A stretch of DNA of 63,671 nt, counting the filler, from Guillardia theta CCMP2712 (Eukaryota; Protista; Cryptophyta): the NCBI RefSeq assembly GCF_000315625.1. It is 8 parts of 8 records of this genome, joined end to end, with 100 filler letters (N's around TTAATTAATTAA, not from the genome) between each part and the next. Parts side by side here need not be neighbours in the genome. Positions count along the whole stretch, not along the records: positions 44,909 to 53,249 come from NW_005434296.1; positions 53,350 to 58,096 come from NW_005434279.1; positions 58,197 to 63,671 come from NW_005434195.1; 5 more parts are not named here. The stretch is one strand, 5' to 3'. The notes under the pieces were generated by a model. That model did not search any database. It was not told the DNA's origin and was given only the letters and a program-made list of their open reading frames with translations. The translations under genes and the position numbers were made by a program. Shown here piece by piece: positions 45,373 through 58,556 of this stretch; position 1 is the first letter of the stretch, and each line of letters starts with the position of its first letter.

Positions 45373-46957
45373 CTACAGGAAGTAGAATGTTCTCTTATCT
45401 TCATTAATCAACGAGTCTAGAGCAAGGGGTAACGCCGTTAGGTCAACCGCGGCTGAAGGAAAGACTTCAAAATTGCTGTCCCCATGATTCCTGCGTCCAG
45501 CCATGAGAACCCTAGAAGCTGATGCATGCGGACAAACCTTCCACTCCGTGTAGACGGTCTCCCGCTTCGAGTTGGTGGGGGAGAGGTCGGGGGTGAAGCC
45601 CTCGATGGGCTTGCGCTTCACCTCCTCCTCCTCGAAGAAGCTGGTGAAGTCGTCGGGGAGCATCTGCAGAGCATCAGGACAGGGGCGGGAAAGAGAGGAA
45701 GGGAGGCAGTGTCGAGGGAGGGGGGGGATGAGAGCAGCAGCACAAGGTGGAGGACCAGGACCAGGACCAGGACCAGGACCAGGAGGACAAGGACGAGGAC
45801 GAGGAGGATGAGTACAAGGACGACGAGGACCAGGACCAGGACGAGGAGGACAAGGACGAGGACGAGGAGGATGAGTAGGAAGGCGAGGGGAAGGAGGGGC
45901 AAGGGGATCTGAGCAGGAGGAGCCATTGACCTCGCGAAAAACTTCCACGACGTTGGAGTACCCCTTGAAAAGAGCAGCATCGAGAGGGGTCTTCCCGCTC
46001 TCAGACTTGGCTTTCGCATCGGCTCCGTTCTTGATCAGGACTCTGAGCAGAGGGTGAGAAACTGAGCTCCTCTCCCTCCGACCTGCCTGGCAACTTCGGA
46101 ATATCCCCAGTTCGCCGCGTGATGGAGAGCGGTCCAACCGTGCTGCGCGGAGTGAGTGAAGAGAAAGCGGATGGTCAAGATAAGCAAGGGAAGAAATGTG
46201 AAGGTGAAAGAGTACACGGGACTGAACGCAACAGCAGCTGTATGGTCAACAGACAACAGAAAACAGGAAACAGAAAATATATAGATACAGAAAACAACAG
46301 AAGAAAACGCACACAACATGAACAAGTTTCGACATTCAAGTACAACTCATCATCACATATCTTGTGACAAGTACAACTCATCATCACATATCTTGTGACA
46401 AGTACAACTCATCATCACATATCTTGTGACAATACAAAACTCCAGGGCCTCAACCTCTCATCGACTCACCTGGTTGGTAGGAAAGACGCTCGCCCCGAGC
46501 TCGATGAGCTTCGCCGTCGTGTCGACATGCCCGTTGGTAGCCGACCAGTGAAGTGCCGTAGACTGCAGGAGCTCTGGATCATAGAAATTCACCTGTGCCC
46601 CAGCAGCATGCAGCCTGTAGCACCACAAACCATCACCAGCAGCAGGAAGAGATCTACTCGCGCTCACTTGACCACAGCATCGGTCTCCCCATTCTTGGCA
46701 GCTTCCCAGAGCTGGAGGTTCAGATCTGCTTGCTCGCTCTTGGTCAAGGTCTTGGACCCCGAAGCCTGAGCAGGGGGAGGAGGAGGGGGAGGGGGAGCAG
46801 CTAGTGCAACTACAGTGAACGGCTTCGATCGATGGCGGCACTGTGCCGACTGTGTTTGACGCAGCATCAGGTTGGGACGGAGCCCTCCGGTCTGGAAGGC
46901 TTCGCCCACTTGGAGCATACCAGCGAAGGCAACGATGAGAAATAATGCTGATCTCAT
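45373..46957 (-). CDS. Ankyrin-repeat protein with bipartite (signal + transit) plastid presequence
   Basis: MRSALFLIVAFAGMLQVGEA|FQTGG. Ankyrin repeats LWEAAKNGETDAV, STALHWSATNGHVD, GWTALHHAANWGYSEV, GKTPLDAALFKGYSNVV. Confidence 0.85.
46337..46432. repeat. 31-bp tandem repeat x3 (CAAGTACAACTCATCATCACATATCTTGTGA) in an intron
   Basis: Direct reading. Confidence 0.9.
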
Positions 46958-47235
46958 CTTTTTCTTTTCTCTTTCCCTCTCCCTCACTCCTTCCCGTCAG
47001 ACGATTCCTGTACACAGACTGTTGTTAGGATAGCTTCATTCCTTTCATTCCTCCCTGAAGGCCTTTCCTTTGCTCAAGATGTTTTTCGACGCCTATTTTC
47101 ATCTTAACCCCGCTACAACTCCTTCACCTCATCCAACTCATCAACTCTTCCCTTCCGACTGATGTTCCCCTTCCTCCCCTCCCCACCCCTCCGCTCCGCT
47201 CCGCTATGCTCATCCTCCCCCCCCTCCCCTCCCCT

Positions 47236-47432
47236 CTCCATTCCCCTCCTCTCCTCTACGATCATCTCCATTCCCCTCCTCTCCTCTACGATCATCTCCA
47301 TTCCCCTCCTCTCCTCTACGATCATCTCCATTCCCCTCCCCTCCTCTACGATCATCTCCATTCCCCTCCCCTCCTCTACGATCATCTCCCCTCCCCTCCT
47401 CTCCTCTACGATCATCTCCCCTCCCCTCCTCC
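47236..47432. repeat. 30-bp pyrimidine-rich minisatellite (TTCCCCTCCTCTCCTCTACGATCATCTCCA) x~6
   Basis: Direct reading. Confidence 0.9.
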
Positions 47433-48379
47433 TCTCTCTCCTAAAATCTCTTTGCGCCATGGAGAAATCGCTTTGTATGCACCGGTGCATGAGGGTGATG
47501 ATTGAAAATGAGGGTGATGATCTGAAATGACCACTCTATTCTTGTGCTATAAACATTTACCACTTCCTATATGTGATTTATTGTCTATAACACCATAACC
47601 CGATAATTATATATTTTATTGTGGATTTATTGTAGAATCATGTAGAATTTTCTGCACACCTTGTTACGTTAGGGAGAATTGTTGGTGGGGTGGTCACAAC
47701 AAAGGGGGTAGGGTATAAAAATGATTTTGACGGAGGTAATTATTGGGGTAATTTTCCCTAAAAATAACGGGTAGTGTTTGTCAATGATAGGGTGGGGGTA
47801 CGGAGAAGGAGGGGTGGGAGTCATCAGTACATGCATGCGAAGATGAGACGCATACAAACAGGAGAGGAGAGGAGAGGAGAGGAGAGGAGAGGAGAGGAGA
47901 GGAGAGGAGAGGAGTAGAGGAGGAGAGGAGAGGAGACGAACGAGGGTAAGGGAGGAAGAGGAAGGAGAGAGAGAGAGACGAGGAGGAGATGCGAAGGAGG
48001 GTTCAGAATCTCAAGGGGAGGAGCAGAGGACAAGGGGAAAAGCGGCTGAGAATCTGCCATGAAAAAGCGCAGGACGATGGAAGGAAAGCAGGAACATCAG
48101 AGGGGGGTGTGGAGAAGTGTACGAGAGGAGAGGGAAAGCATACGAAGACGAGACGAATGTTGGAGGGAGAACGAGATGAAAGGGGGCGCACAAGAAATGA
48201 GAGATTAGGATAACAAGGTACCACAGGAGTTGCAGATCAAGACATTGAAACGAGGGTAGATCAGGCATACGCATTCTCTCGCGCCAACATGGCAAGACGA
48301 AACTTCTCTCCCTTGGGCTGAACATTTCTCTGCTGATCTTTCCAACCGTCCACCTCATCATCTCACCTTGTGGTACAGG

Positions 48380-51300
48380 ATGCTGTCACAAAGTTCGAAG
48401 AAGGCTGTCTCGACGCTACGTCGTTCTTATGCCAGGCTCCTCCCAGCTGGCGCCCGGCAGTACATGCAGAGGGTCTCCAGGTCCAAGTTGCTGGAGCAAC
48501 GAGGCGGCTTCCCGTCGACGTCTCGTCCTCAGGTTCTGCGGCTGAACGATCAGCCTCTGCGATGGATGTCTGCCGAGCCGCAATCGGAGGAGGGAAAGGA
48601 GAAGCCCGAAGAAGTCAAGGAGGAGGCGAGCAAGACGCCGGAAGCTGCGCCGATCAACATCAAGGGGAAGGAGGAGATCGTGGGGGAGGAAAAGAGCTAC
48701 GGGTTTCAAGCGGAGACGAGGCAGCTCCTGGACATCGTCACGCACTCCTTGTACGCGGACCGCGAGGTCTTCGTGCGTGAGCTGGTGTCGAACGCGAGCG
48801 ACGCGCTGGAGAAGGCGAGGCACGTGCTCCTGACGTCTCAGGGAGGAGCAGACACGGAGAAGTTATCTATCAGCATCTCTGTGGATGCTGCGGAGAAGAT
48901 GTTCGTGATTGTGGACAATGGCCTCGGTATGACGAAGGAGGAGATGATGGAGAATTTGGGGACGATTGCGAGGTCGGGCAGCAAGGCGTTCTTGAACCAG
49001 CTTGCCAACCAGGCGGGTCAAGGGAACGACCTGAAGAACAGCATCATCGGGAAGTTCGGAGTAGGGTTCTACAGGTAGGAGAGGCCCCGTCTCCTTGCTG
49101 TTGCCCGGCTGGTCCTGACAAGCATGGAACAGTGCGTTCATGGTGTCCGAGAAGGTTCAAGTGTTCTCCCGCAAGAGAGGCGAGGATGCCGGACATTGCT
49201 GGACCAGCCAGGGCGACGGGAGCTACACCATCGCACCGGTGATGATGGCGGAGAAGAGACGTTGCGACCGTTGATACGGCGATGGCGCAGGCGAGCGGAG
49301 TGGAGGAGGGAACGAAGATCGTGCTGTACCTCCGAACGGACGCGCTAGGTGATGCGAGGCGTGCGAGAGCTGCTGTGGGTGATAGATGAGCAGACTTTGC
49401 CAAGGAAGAGACGGTGAAGACGATCGTGAATAAGTGAGAAGAGAGAGGCTGGATGGAACCGATGCTGATTCTACCACTAGGTACTCGTCCTTTGTCGCCT
49501 ACCCGATCCTCTGCAACGGAAAGCGAGTCAACGAAGTCGACGCTCTCTGGCTCAAACCAGCCGACAGGTTGACGAGTTAAGTCGTGATGGCGATGCTGAC
49601 GCCTGGCAGCATCACCACTGAAGAGCACACCAACCTCTACCGTCACCTCGCCAAGGCCTACGACGCTCCGACCTACACGCTTGTCTTCCGCGTACGTGGA
49701 GGGGAGGAGGAGGAGGGTGGGGGGGGTGGCGGTAGAGGTTGGTGTGCTCTTCAGTGGTGATGCTGCCAGGCGTCAGCATCGCCATCACGACTTAACTCGT
49801 CAACCTGTCGGCTGGTTTGAGCCAGAGAGCGTCGACTTCGTTGACTCGCTTTCCGTTGCAGAGGATCGGGTAGGCGACAAAGGACGAGTACCTAGTGGTA
49901 GAATCAGCATCGGTTCCATCCAGCCTCTCTCTTCTCACTTATTCACGATCGTCTTCANNNNNNNNNNNNNNNNNNNNNNNNNNNNNNNNNNNNNNNNNNN
50001 NNNNNNNNNNNNNNNNNNNNNNNNNNNNNNNNNNNNNNNNNNNNNNNNNNNNNNNNNATCAGCAGGGAGATCATGCAGGACCAGCGCCTCCTGTCGAAGC
50101 TGAAAGATGTGAGGGAGGAGGAGGAGGAGGAGGAGGAGGAGGAGGAGGAGGAGGAGGATCCAAAGGAGGAGGAGGAGGATCCAAAGGAGGAGGAGGCTGA
50201 CGTGCAGGGCAGGTGCTGACGAAGAGGGTGATCCGATGGCTGATCGACGAGGCGAAGAAGAGCGAGAAGGACTACGAGGAATTCTACAAGAACTTCGGGC
50301 TGATGCTAAAGGAGGGTGTGGCCATGGATCAGAAGAACGCTCCTCAACTCGCGAAGCTCCTCCGATACCCCTCGAGCGCCATCGAGAACGACGAGGTGAC
50401 GTCGTTGGATGCATACGTGAGCCGTATGAGGGAGGGGCAAGACACCATCTACTACCTCGTCGCCAACAGCTACAACGTCGCCGTCTCCTCTCCTTACTTC
50501 GAGGCCTTCAAGAAAGCAGGTCCCTGCCCCTCCCCTCTACCCTCGCTCCATCCGCTCCCTCCTCTCGTTGCTCCTCCTCTTCTGATCTCTCTCCCACAGG
50601 GATCGAGGTTCTCTTCTGCTACAACGACCATGACGAGATTGTCCTCGCCAACCTCGCCCGCTTCGGCGACAAGCAGCTCAAGTCCATCGAAGTCGTGGAG
50701 CCTCCAAAGGAGCTGATCGAGAAGATGGAGGAGAAGAAGGAGGGAGAAGAGAAGGACAAGGAGGAGGCGTCTACTCCCAGCATGTCAGAGGACGAGGTAC
50801 AGACTTGCCATGGGTTGTTGTGCTATCTCACAGGGGGGTACAGAGCAAGGAGCTCACGAGCTGGATGAAAGAATCCCTGGGGAAGAGAGTCTCCGATGTG
50901 CAAGCAACTGAGAGGTTAGAAATAGCCCTCAACGAACACTCCCTCTCCCTCCTCCCCTCCCTCTCCCCCTCCCCCTCCAACTCCCTCTCCCCCTCCAACT
51001 CCCCCTCCCTCTCCCCCTCTCCAACTCCCTCTCCCCCTCCCCCTCCCCCTCCCCCTCCCCTTCCCTCTCCCTCTTCCTCTTCCTCCAATCCCATCCCATC
51101 CTATCCCCTCTTCCACCCTTTGTCTCTCCGTCGCTCCCTCTCCTTTCCTTTCCTTCCTCCCCTCCTTCCTTAACATGTTCGTACGTGAACTTACCTCGAA
51201 ATCCTTTATTCATTCCTGCCCTCTCTCTCCTTCTTACTCCCTCCTCTTCCTCCCTCCTCCTCTCTCTTCCTCTTCCCTTTTCCTCCCTCACGATTGCTCA

Positions 51301-51830
51301 GGCTGGTCGACTCTCCTGCCATCATCTCGGATCACGACAACGCCGTCACCAGGAAGCTGATGAGGATGTCTGAGTTCAAGAGCATGGGGGTCACACAGCC
51401 GGCCGGGTAAGGAGGAGGAGGAGGAGGAGGAGGAGGAGGAAAAACTGTTCTGCTCGGACTGACCTTCTTCAAGTTACAAGCTGCTTGTCAATCTCAAACA
51501 TCCCATCCTCGTCTCCTTGTCCAAGGCCAAGGGTGAGAACCCTGAGCTTGCGAAGCTGGTGGCAGAGCAGCTGCTGGACAACGCGGTACGTCAGGGACAA
51601 GTCGCCTTGCTCGTCTCCTCGCCCCCTCCTCCCTCCTCCCTCACCATCTCCTCTCCTCCCTCCTGACTTGATACCTGCTCTCCTTTCCCTCATCCTCCCT
51701 CGCCATCCTCCCTCCTCCTCCGTCGCAAGGTACTGATCGCTCCCTTCAGATCTTATCCGCAGGCATCCTAGACGAGGCCCGGGAGATGCTGCCGAGGCTG
51801 AACGAGATTCTTAAGAGCGTTTTGAAGTGA
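48380..51830 (+). CDS. TRAP1: Mitochondrial HSP90 (TRAP1/HSP75)
   Basis: Arg/Ser-rich presequence; FQAETRQLLDIVTHSLY, RELVSNASDALEK, DNGLGM, NLGTIARSGSKAF, IIGKFGVGFY, SPYFEAFKK, NLKHPIL; stop 51828-51830. The middle is lost to a gap and an inverted duplicate. Confidence 0.95.
49415..49957. repeat. 228-bp inverted duplication (49415-49642 vs 49730-49957) inside TRAP1
   Basis: The second arm is the reverse complement of the first, includes intron sequence and ends at a gap. Confidence 0.9.
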
Positions 51831-51991
51831 AGGCAACAGGCAGGAAGCGGGAGGACAAGGGGAGCAGGGAACGTTTTGACCAGTCCGACCCTGACAGTTG
51901 GTCGAGCGAAAAGATCCTTGGAGTCATTTCATTTCACAACTTTTAGATTCTTTCTTCTGTTTACATGTCCCATGACAACTCGTCGTGTTGC

Positions 51992-53110
51992 TCAAGGACT
52001 GAGCATGATCTCGTTGATCATAACGTCCAGCAGCTCAGCGCTGTACCTCCCGCTCGCCCTCTTCCACTCGTTGATTTTCTGCACAACAACTTCATCAACA
52101 CATGGGGCTTGCAAGGGAGGAGGAATACAGCAAGGTTGTCTCCAAATAGCGCCCTCTGGTGCTCCACATTTTTCTTCTTCCTGGCAACCATTCGTACGTC
52201 ATGAAACTTGTCGTCACACACAGAGGGAGTTGGAACAAACAGTCGTAGGCGTGCTGGTGGCGTCTTGCTGTGCTGCAGGGGGGGAGGATGAGAAGGTGAA
52301 AGATTCGTGCGCTCGAAGTAAAACTTTCCCTTCCTGCACAGGATCATGAGATGAGTCGGAGACAAGAGATGTGATGGTGAAGAAGACTGAGCAAGTCTAC
52401 AAGGGAAAAGATACGAAGCAAAGACGAAGGGGAAAGATGATAGGCAAGAAGTAGGGGTGGGGCAGGCGAGAGACTGGAGATCCAGGGACGACACGACACG
52501 AAGAGGGAGGGGCAGACGAGGAGGAGGAGGAGGAGGAGGAAGAGCAAGTACATGCAGTCTATCATCTCAGCGCTTTCGGAGTTGCCAAGCTTTCGCTTGC
52601 TCTCAGAGGCCTTGACGGGGTAGTCGATGTAGTGTTGCTGCAAGAGGTTGCAGATGAGCGGACGTTGGCGGGACGTGTCGAGAGCCTGCAGCAGCCCCTC
52701 ACACCTCGTCTCATCCCTGACTGACAGACCTGTAGGAACTTGTTGTCCCACGCCTGCATCACGATCAGCCAGCAGGTTCGCCAGGAGCTCAACCTCTCAC
52801 CACGTTCAGGCTTGTCTTGGCCGCCTGCAGCCTCGGCCGAGGGGACGCTGAAGGGTTTTCACACCATGGCAGGAGAGCGGAGGAGCAGGACTTACACATG
52901 GACATGCAGTGCCAGCGGTTCTGCTTGGAGGCACAATTCCGAGCCATGTCCAAGAAGATGTTGTCTCTCTCCTCCTGGAGTCTCAAGTTGAGGGGAGCAC
53001 AGATGTCATGTTGAAGGGACCTTTGGACGAAGAGATCGAAGTGAAAGCGAGCTGGCACTTCTCTCCTGCGGTCAAACCATTCATATGACAAGACAACGTG
53101 TTGACTTTCC
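51992..53110 (-). CDS. Hypothetical multi-exon protein, 3' part
   Basis: Complex coding-like exons (SYEWFDRRREVPARFHFDLFVQRSLQHD...; last exon YSAELLDVMINEIMLSP*). Family not recognised. Confidence 0.5.
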
Positions 53111-53349
53111 TTGCATGCGACTGATTTCCTCATTTGCTCCTCAATCCCATCATAATCATTCTCACCACCACCATCATCATCACTATCAACATTTTCTCTA
53201 TCATCCTCCTCCATCCTCCTCAGTCCTCCTCCATCCTCCTCCTCCTCAGNNNNNNNNNNNNNNNNNNNNNNNNNNNNNNNNNNNNNNNNNNNNTTAATTA
53301 ATTAANNNNNNNNNNNNNNNNNNNNNNNNNNNNNNNNNNNNNNNNNNNN

Positions 53350-54300
53350 AGTGCCTGCAGGCGCCAGCCGACGCGGCGCTGAAGAGAAATCCTGCCTTAC
53401 AAGGCTTCCCAACAACGTCGAGAGAGGAGAGGAGGAAGGCGTGATGGTACTCTCTCGCTGCAACGCACTTGGACCCAGCATGCAGCGGTATGAAACAATC
53501 GCTCCCGCTCGTTTCACCTTCCCCTCCCCTCCTCTCTCCAGCTCCACCACCATCACGGTCAGCAACCACCCTGTACCGCAGCCCGTCGTCCGTCAGGGCA
53601 AGCTCCACAACCCTTGACATCCTCGGCAAGAAGGACGAGGAACGATGCGTTCTGAACCCTGACCGGCTCCCGGACTTGGTTTCGAACCAAACCCCGACGA
53701 GGGTCAGGCGCTGTTGACAGACATCCAACCCTCCATCCATGTCATCCATGTCATCCATGTCATGCTGATGCCGACAAGTCACCCCCTCTCCTCCTCCTCC
53801 TCCTCCTCCTCCTCCTCCTCATATTTATGTTCGTTGGCGCCGCCGCCGTCATAGTCGTGAGAAACGATTCCTGCATCTCCTCCTGCTCCTGCTCCATCGA
53901 CTTGATCACACGCTTCCAAACTTTGGTGATCCTCCACAGATTCGGCGCGGATTGCCCACCATCAGGCATGGCATGACGGACGCCTTGCTCTGTCCTCGAC
54001 CGGCCGGACAGGTCTACGTCGCTAGTCATCTCCATCGAGCGCCACTGCAGCCTCCTCAAGTGCATAAGGTTTGTTCGCGCTGTCTCCGCATCTCATCCAA
54101 AGCCCATGGCCAGCTGCTGTACAGCTATACAGCTCCCTCACCAGCCCTGTCAAGGTATTGGTCAAACTCCGCTGCTCCTCCATCGCTGCAACGGCATGCT
54201 CGGCCATGCAGCATCCTTTATCCTCTTGCCCCTTCCCTTATCAGCACCTGGCCCTCCCTGCGCCCTCTCGTACTCTGCCGCCACGATCGAATGGGGCAAC
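53350..54300 (-). CDS. Hypothetical multi-exon protein, 5' part
   Basis: Non-repetitive ORF pieces separated by microsatellite introns; no motif recognised. Confidence 0.35.
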
Positions 54301-56012
54301 TCGCTGCAGCTTCTATCTCAGCTATCTTCATCTCCTCCCTTCCAAACCAGCTCGTTTGATCCTCCCCTCCTTGTTCTGCACGCTACTCCACCATCAACTA
54401 CATTCCTCTCCTCATCCTCACTCATTCCATCCTTCCTGCCTCCTTCCTTCCTCTCCCCCTCATCCCTTCCCCCTCCTCCTCCCCTGCCCCCTCTTCCTCG
54501 TCCATAAACTGGACTGGCATTTTCTGCCCCCCTGGACACGATCAGCACCGGGGGGCCGGGGCAGCAAATGAGAAATAGGGGGACGACTAGGAAACCCTCG
54601 ATCTTACTCCTTCAGGCAGCACTCCTCTCAGGGCCTCAAGGCGGGAGCCTCCCTGCCGGCGAGCGGCGGCGGCCCGGCGCCGGTACCGTCGTACGGCGGA
54701 CCGGACCGTCCGATCCCCGCCGGGAGTCCGGTGACACGGTCACGGATCGGACTCCGGGACAGCACCGGGGCCCCCGACCGTCGTGACCGTACGGTGACCG
54801 TACGGTACCGTACCGTGAAGGCTCAGTACAGGCCCTCAGTTGCCACCACAGTGCCCGGGCAGGGCCTGTGAGTAGCCTGCCGGCGCCGGTAAGCGGCAGT
54901 GATTCAATCGAGTCACTCCGGAGTCCGATGATGAAAACTCAGTGACTAGTCACTCAGTGACTGCCCCGCGGCCAGTCATCAAGTTCACAGGCTGGCTCGG
55001 ACCGCCGGGGGTCTGGCTCTCACGGTGTCCGCCGGCGCCGGCGGCCGGGCCCGCCGGGCGGCATCCGATCAGTACGACGGTGACTTAGCGCCGGCGGCCC
55101 GCCGGCCGGCATCCGATCTGACTTGGCGCCGGCGGCCCGGGCCAAGTCACAACTTGAACTTCCGTTGATGCCATGATGGGAACTTCGGAAGGTCACCATC
55201 GGGCGGCTGCGGCTCAGGCCGACCGGCCGCACTGCGGCCGCCGCCCGGGCCACCCTCTCCGATTTTTTTTGACTTAGTAACTTTGAGTACTGACTGAAAG
55301 TTGAAACTTGAAAACTGAGTCCGAGACGGGCGGCTCGCCGCGGCGGCGAGCCTCGGAGGCCCCGGGGAGTCCGATCCGGGGGCCCGTACGGTCAACAATG
55401 GGGCCCCGGCGCGGCAGTCACTGAGTTGACTTTCTAAAGTTGACTCAGCGAAAATTGACCAGCAAGTGCCAAATCGAAGTGGTTGGGTGACTCCCGGAAA
55501 GCCCACCCCCTCCACCCACCCACCCCTATATGGTACCCCCCCCGGATATACTCCCGTTCAACTTTATACCCCTACTCTCCTATGAAAAGTACCCACCTCA
55601 AGAAGCATTATAATACACCAGGGCGTTTACCACCCCTCTATATCCGTGGGTCCCCGGTTCGGACTGCTCACAGTTCCGATTCCCATCATCTGCGGAAAAT
55701 GCTACACCCCCACCCCTTGAATGTACAGACATCAGGTGGGTGGGGGTGAGGGTAGTCACTATTTTTAAAAAAGAGTTTTAGTTCCTGAAATAGGAGCCAC
55801 CACCCCCGTGGCAACATATTGATACACAGGTACCACATATTGTGTTACCCCTACCCCATAAAGTTTTGATACACCCCTTCTTTTCTCCTTTAAAGTACCC
55901 CAACTTAGTCATTATTCCACCATCCTATAATTCAGTACCCGTGGAAATGGTCATGTACCTCCATGAAGAATACCCCCACCCCCTCCTTACTCCCCCAACG
56001 CCGACGAGCGCC

Positions 56013-57565
56013 ATGGCTCGCTGGCGCCATGCAGCAGCGGCGCTGTTCGCGGCGCTGGCGGCTGCCATGGCGCTTTCAGCCCTGATGAGGGAGGGAAGGA
56101 CCCATGAAGGCTCCGCTGAGGTCGGTTTCGTATCCAAGGATGCGGTTCAACTTCCCTCTTGGCTTCAGTCCAGCTTATCTACCTCGAGTCCTTCCGGCTC
56201 CGTTCTCTTCGAAGGGCCGGCGGTGCTGCTGCAGAGCCTGACAGGTAGACATCCACTTGGCGATATTGCTTGCTCATGCTCTAGCTGCCATCTCAAACCT
56301 GACGATCGATGTCTGCAACACACTGACGAGCCTTGGCGTTGGCAGGGGAACAACAGAAGTGTTGTTCGACGTACTGCAAGCCGAACGGCAAGAGTGAAGA
56401 GAACGGCCATGCAAAGAGACGATTGCTTGGATTGACTACCTTATCTGGGCTGTCCTCTGACAAGGACCAGACTGAGAAGAACCCCAACAACGTGGAGTGC
56501 GACTGTTCCGTATGCGGGAAGGACTTGAAGGGGGGGGATGAAGGCTCAAAGCTGACGTCGCTGGAAGGTATGCTGCTCTTTCTTGGGATCTGACTTATCG
56601 ACTCTGATGCCTGTGGGCAGACGTTACGTGCTTCCTCCCAGACGGCAAAACCTGCATTGCAGACATTGACAATGACAACGAGGAGAAGGAGAAGGAGAAG
56701 GAGAAGGAGAAGGAGAAGGAGAAGGAGAAGGAGAAGGAGAAGGAGAAAGAAGACGGAGAAGGAGAAGGAGAAGGAGAAGGAGAAGGAGAAGGAGAAAGAA
56801 GACGAGAAGGAGAAGGAGAAGGAGAAAGAAGACGAGAAGGAGAAAGAAGACGAGAGGGAGAAGGAGAAGGAGAAGGAGAAGGAGAAAGAAGACGAGAAGG
56901 AGAAAGAAAACAACAAGGAAGGGGACAAGAACAAACCTGCATCCTCCCCTCCCCCTCCCCCTCCGCCTGCGCAGGAGCCGCCACCCTCCTCTCTTTGCGA
57001 AATGCAGTCCGATGGCACGTGCAAGTCTCTTCTCAATATCAGATGTGCGGACTGGAGGGATCAGGCAGACTACTGGGCCCAAGGCAAGCAGGAGGAGTAC
57101 ATGTCATTGTGCATGGCGCAAGACTGTGTGCAAAGTTTGGAGCACAACAACGATGAGCCCGGATGCCGGTCAGTGCCTCCCTCCTCCCTCCGTCTCTCCC
57201 TTCTCCAGCTCTTGCTTATTCCTCCCGTGTTGCCTTCCTGACGTGAGTGCAGATTTCTTGATGACCATGGATTCTGCTACGCCTACGGGTCAGCGCAGCT
57301 GTGGTGTAAGGATCATGCTGGGAACAAGTGCGTTTACCCGCCCTCTCTCCTGCACCTCTGACCTCTCACGCACAGGTACTGTCACGATGGAGGATCGGAC
57401 TGGGCACAGCCTCCTCTGGGATCATCGACGAAGCAGCAGACAGGTTGGACCCCGCTGGCCAGCGTCCCCTATCGAGGGTCAGCGGCGAGCGCTGGAACAA
57501 TGGCGTGCGCTTGCATGAAGCAATGCACTTGCACGAAGAAGTCCTGCTTTTGCGCCAACAAGGAC
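56013..57565 (+). CDS. Membrane-anchored or secreted Cys-rich protein with (EK)n stalk and Pro linker (partial)
   Basis: MARWRHAAAALFAALAAAMALSAL anchor; KCCSTYC, ECDCSVC; EKEK tract; CADWRDQADYW, GFCYAYG..LWC, YCHDGG, CACMKQCTCTKKSCFC; runs into a gap. Confidence 0.65.
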
Positions 57566-58556
57566 NNNNNNNNNNNNNNNNNNNNNNNNNNNNNNNNNNN
57601 NNNNNNNNNNNNNNNNNNNNNNNNNNNNNNNNNNNNNNNNNNNNNNNNNNNNNNNNNNNNNNNNNNNNNNNNNNNNNNNNNNNNNNNNNNNNNNNNNNNN
57701 NNNNNNNNNNNNNNNNNNNNNNNNNNNNNNNNNNNNNNNNNNNNNNNNNNNNNNNNNNNNNNNNNNNNNNNNNNNNNNNNNNNNNNNNNNNNNNNNNNNN
57801 NNNNNNNNNNNNNNNNNNNNNNNNNNNNNNNNNNNNNNNNNNNNNNNNNNNNNNNNNNNNNNNNNNNNNNNNNNNNNNNNNNNNNNNNNNNNNNNNNNNN
57901 NNNNNNNNNNNNNNNNNNNNNNNNNNNNNNNNNNNNNNNNNNNNNNNNNNNNNNNNNNNNNNNNNNNNNNNNNNNNNNNNNNNNNNNNNNAGAAGGAGAA
58001 AGAAGACGAGAAGGAGAAGGAGAAGGAGAAGGAGAAAGAAGACGAGAAGGAGAAGGAGAAGGAGAAGAAGAAGAAGGAGAAGGAGGAGAAGGAGAANNNN
58101 NNNNNNNNNNNNNNNNNNNNNNNNNNNNNNNNNNNNNNNNTTAATTAATTAANNNNNNNNNNNNNNNNNNNNNNNNNNNNNNNNNNNNNNNNNNNNGAGG
58201 AGGAGGAGGAGAGAGAAGAGATACGAGGAGGAGGGGAGGAGGAGAAAGGAGGAGGAGGAGAACAGAAGTGAAGTGAAGTGGGGATAGGAAGTTGTGAGAT
58301 ACGATCAGATCATGAAATTTCAACATGAGTAGAAAGATTCATGTGAGACATTGTATCAACAGAACCTTGAAGATTGAGCGTGAATGAACAGTAGCAAACC
58401 AAAGTCTCTTCGTGACTTGGATTCATGCGTTACTGAAATGATTTTGATTTCCAGGTGCTTCATATGGAATGTTATTATGAGACTTAGCACCCAATGAAAA
58501 GCAGCCAATGTTAATACAGTGGAATCAGAGGAGGTGACATAACCTGAAACAAAACA

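Noticed and set aside
49730-49957. Functional hairpin or antisense element in TRAP1
   Set aside because: Perfect inverted copy including introns, ending at a gap and replacing expected exons; most likely a chimeric read or misassembly.
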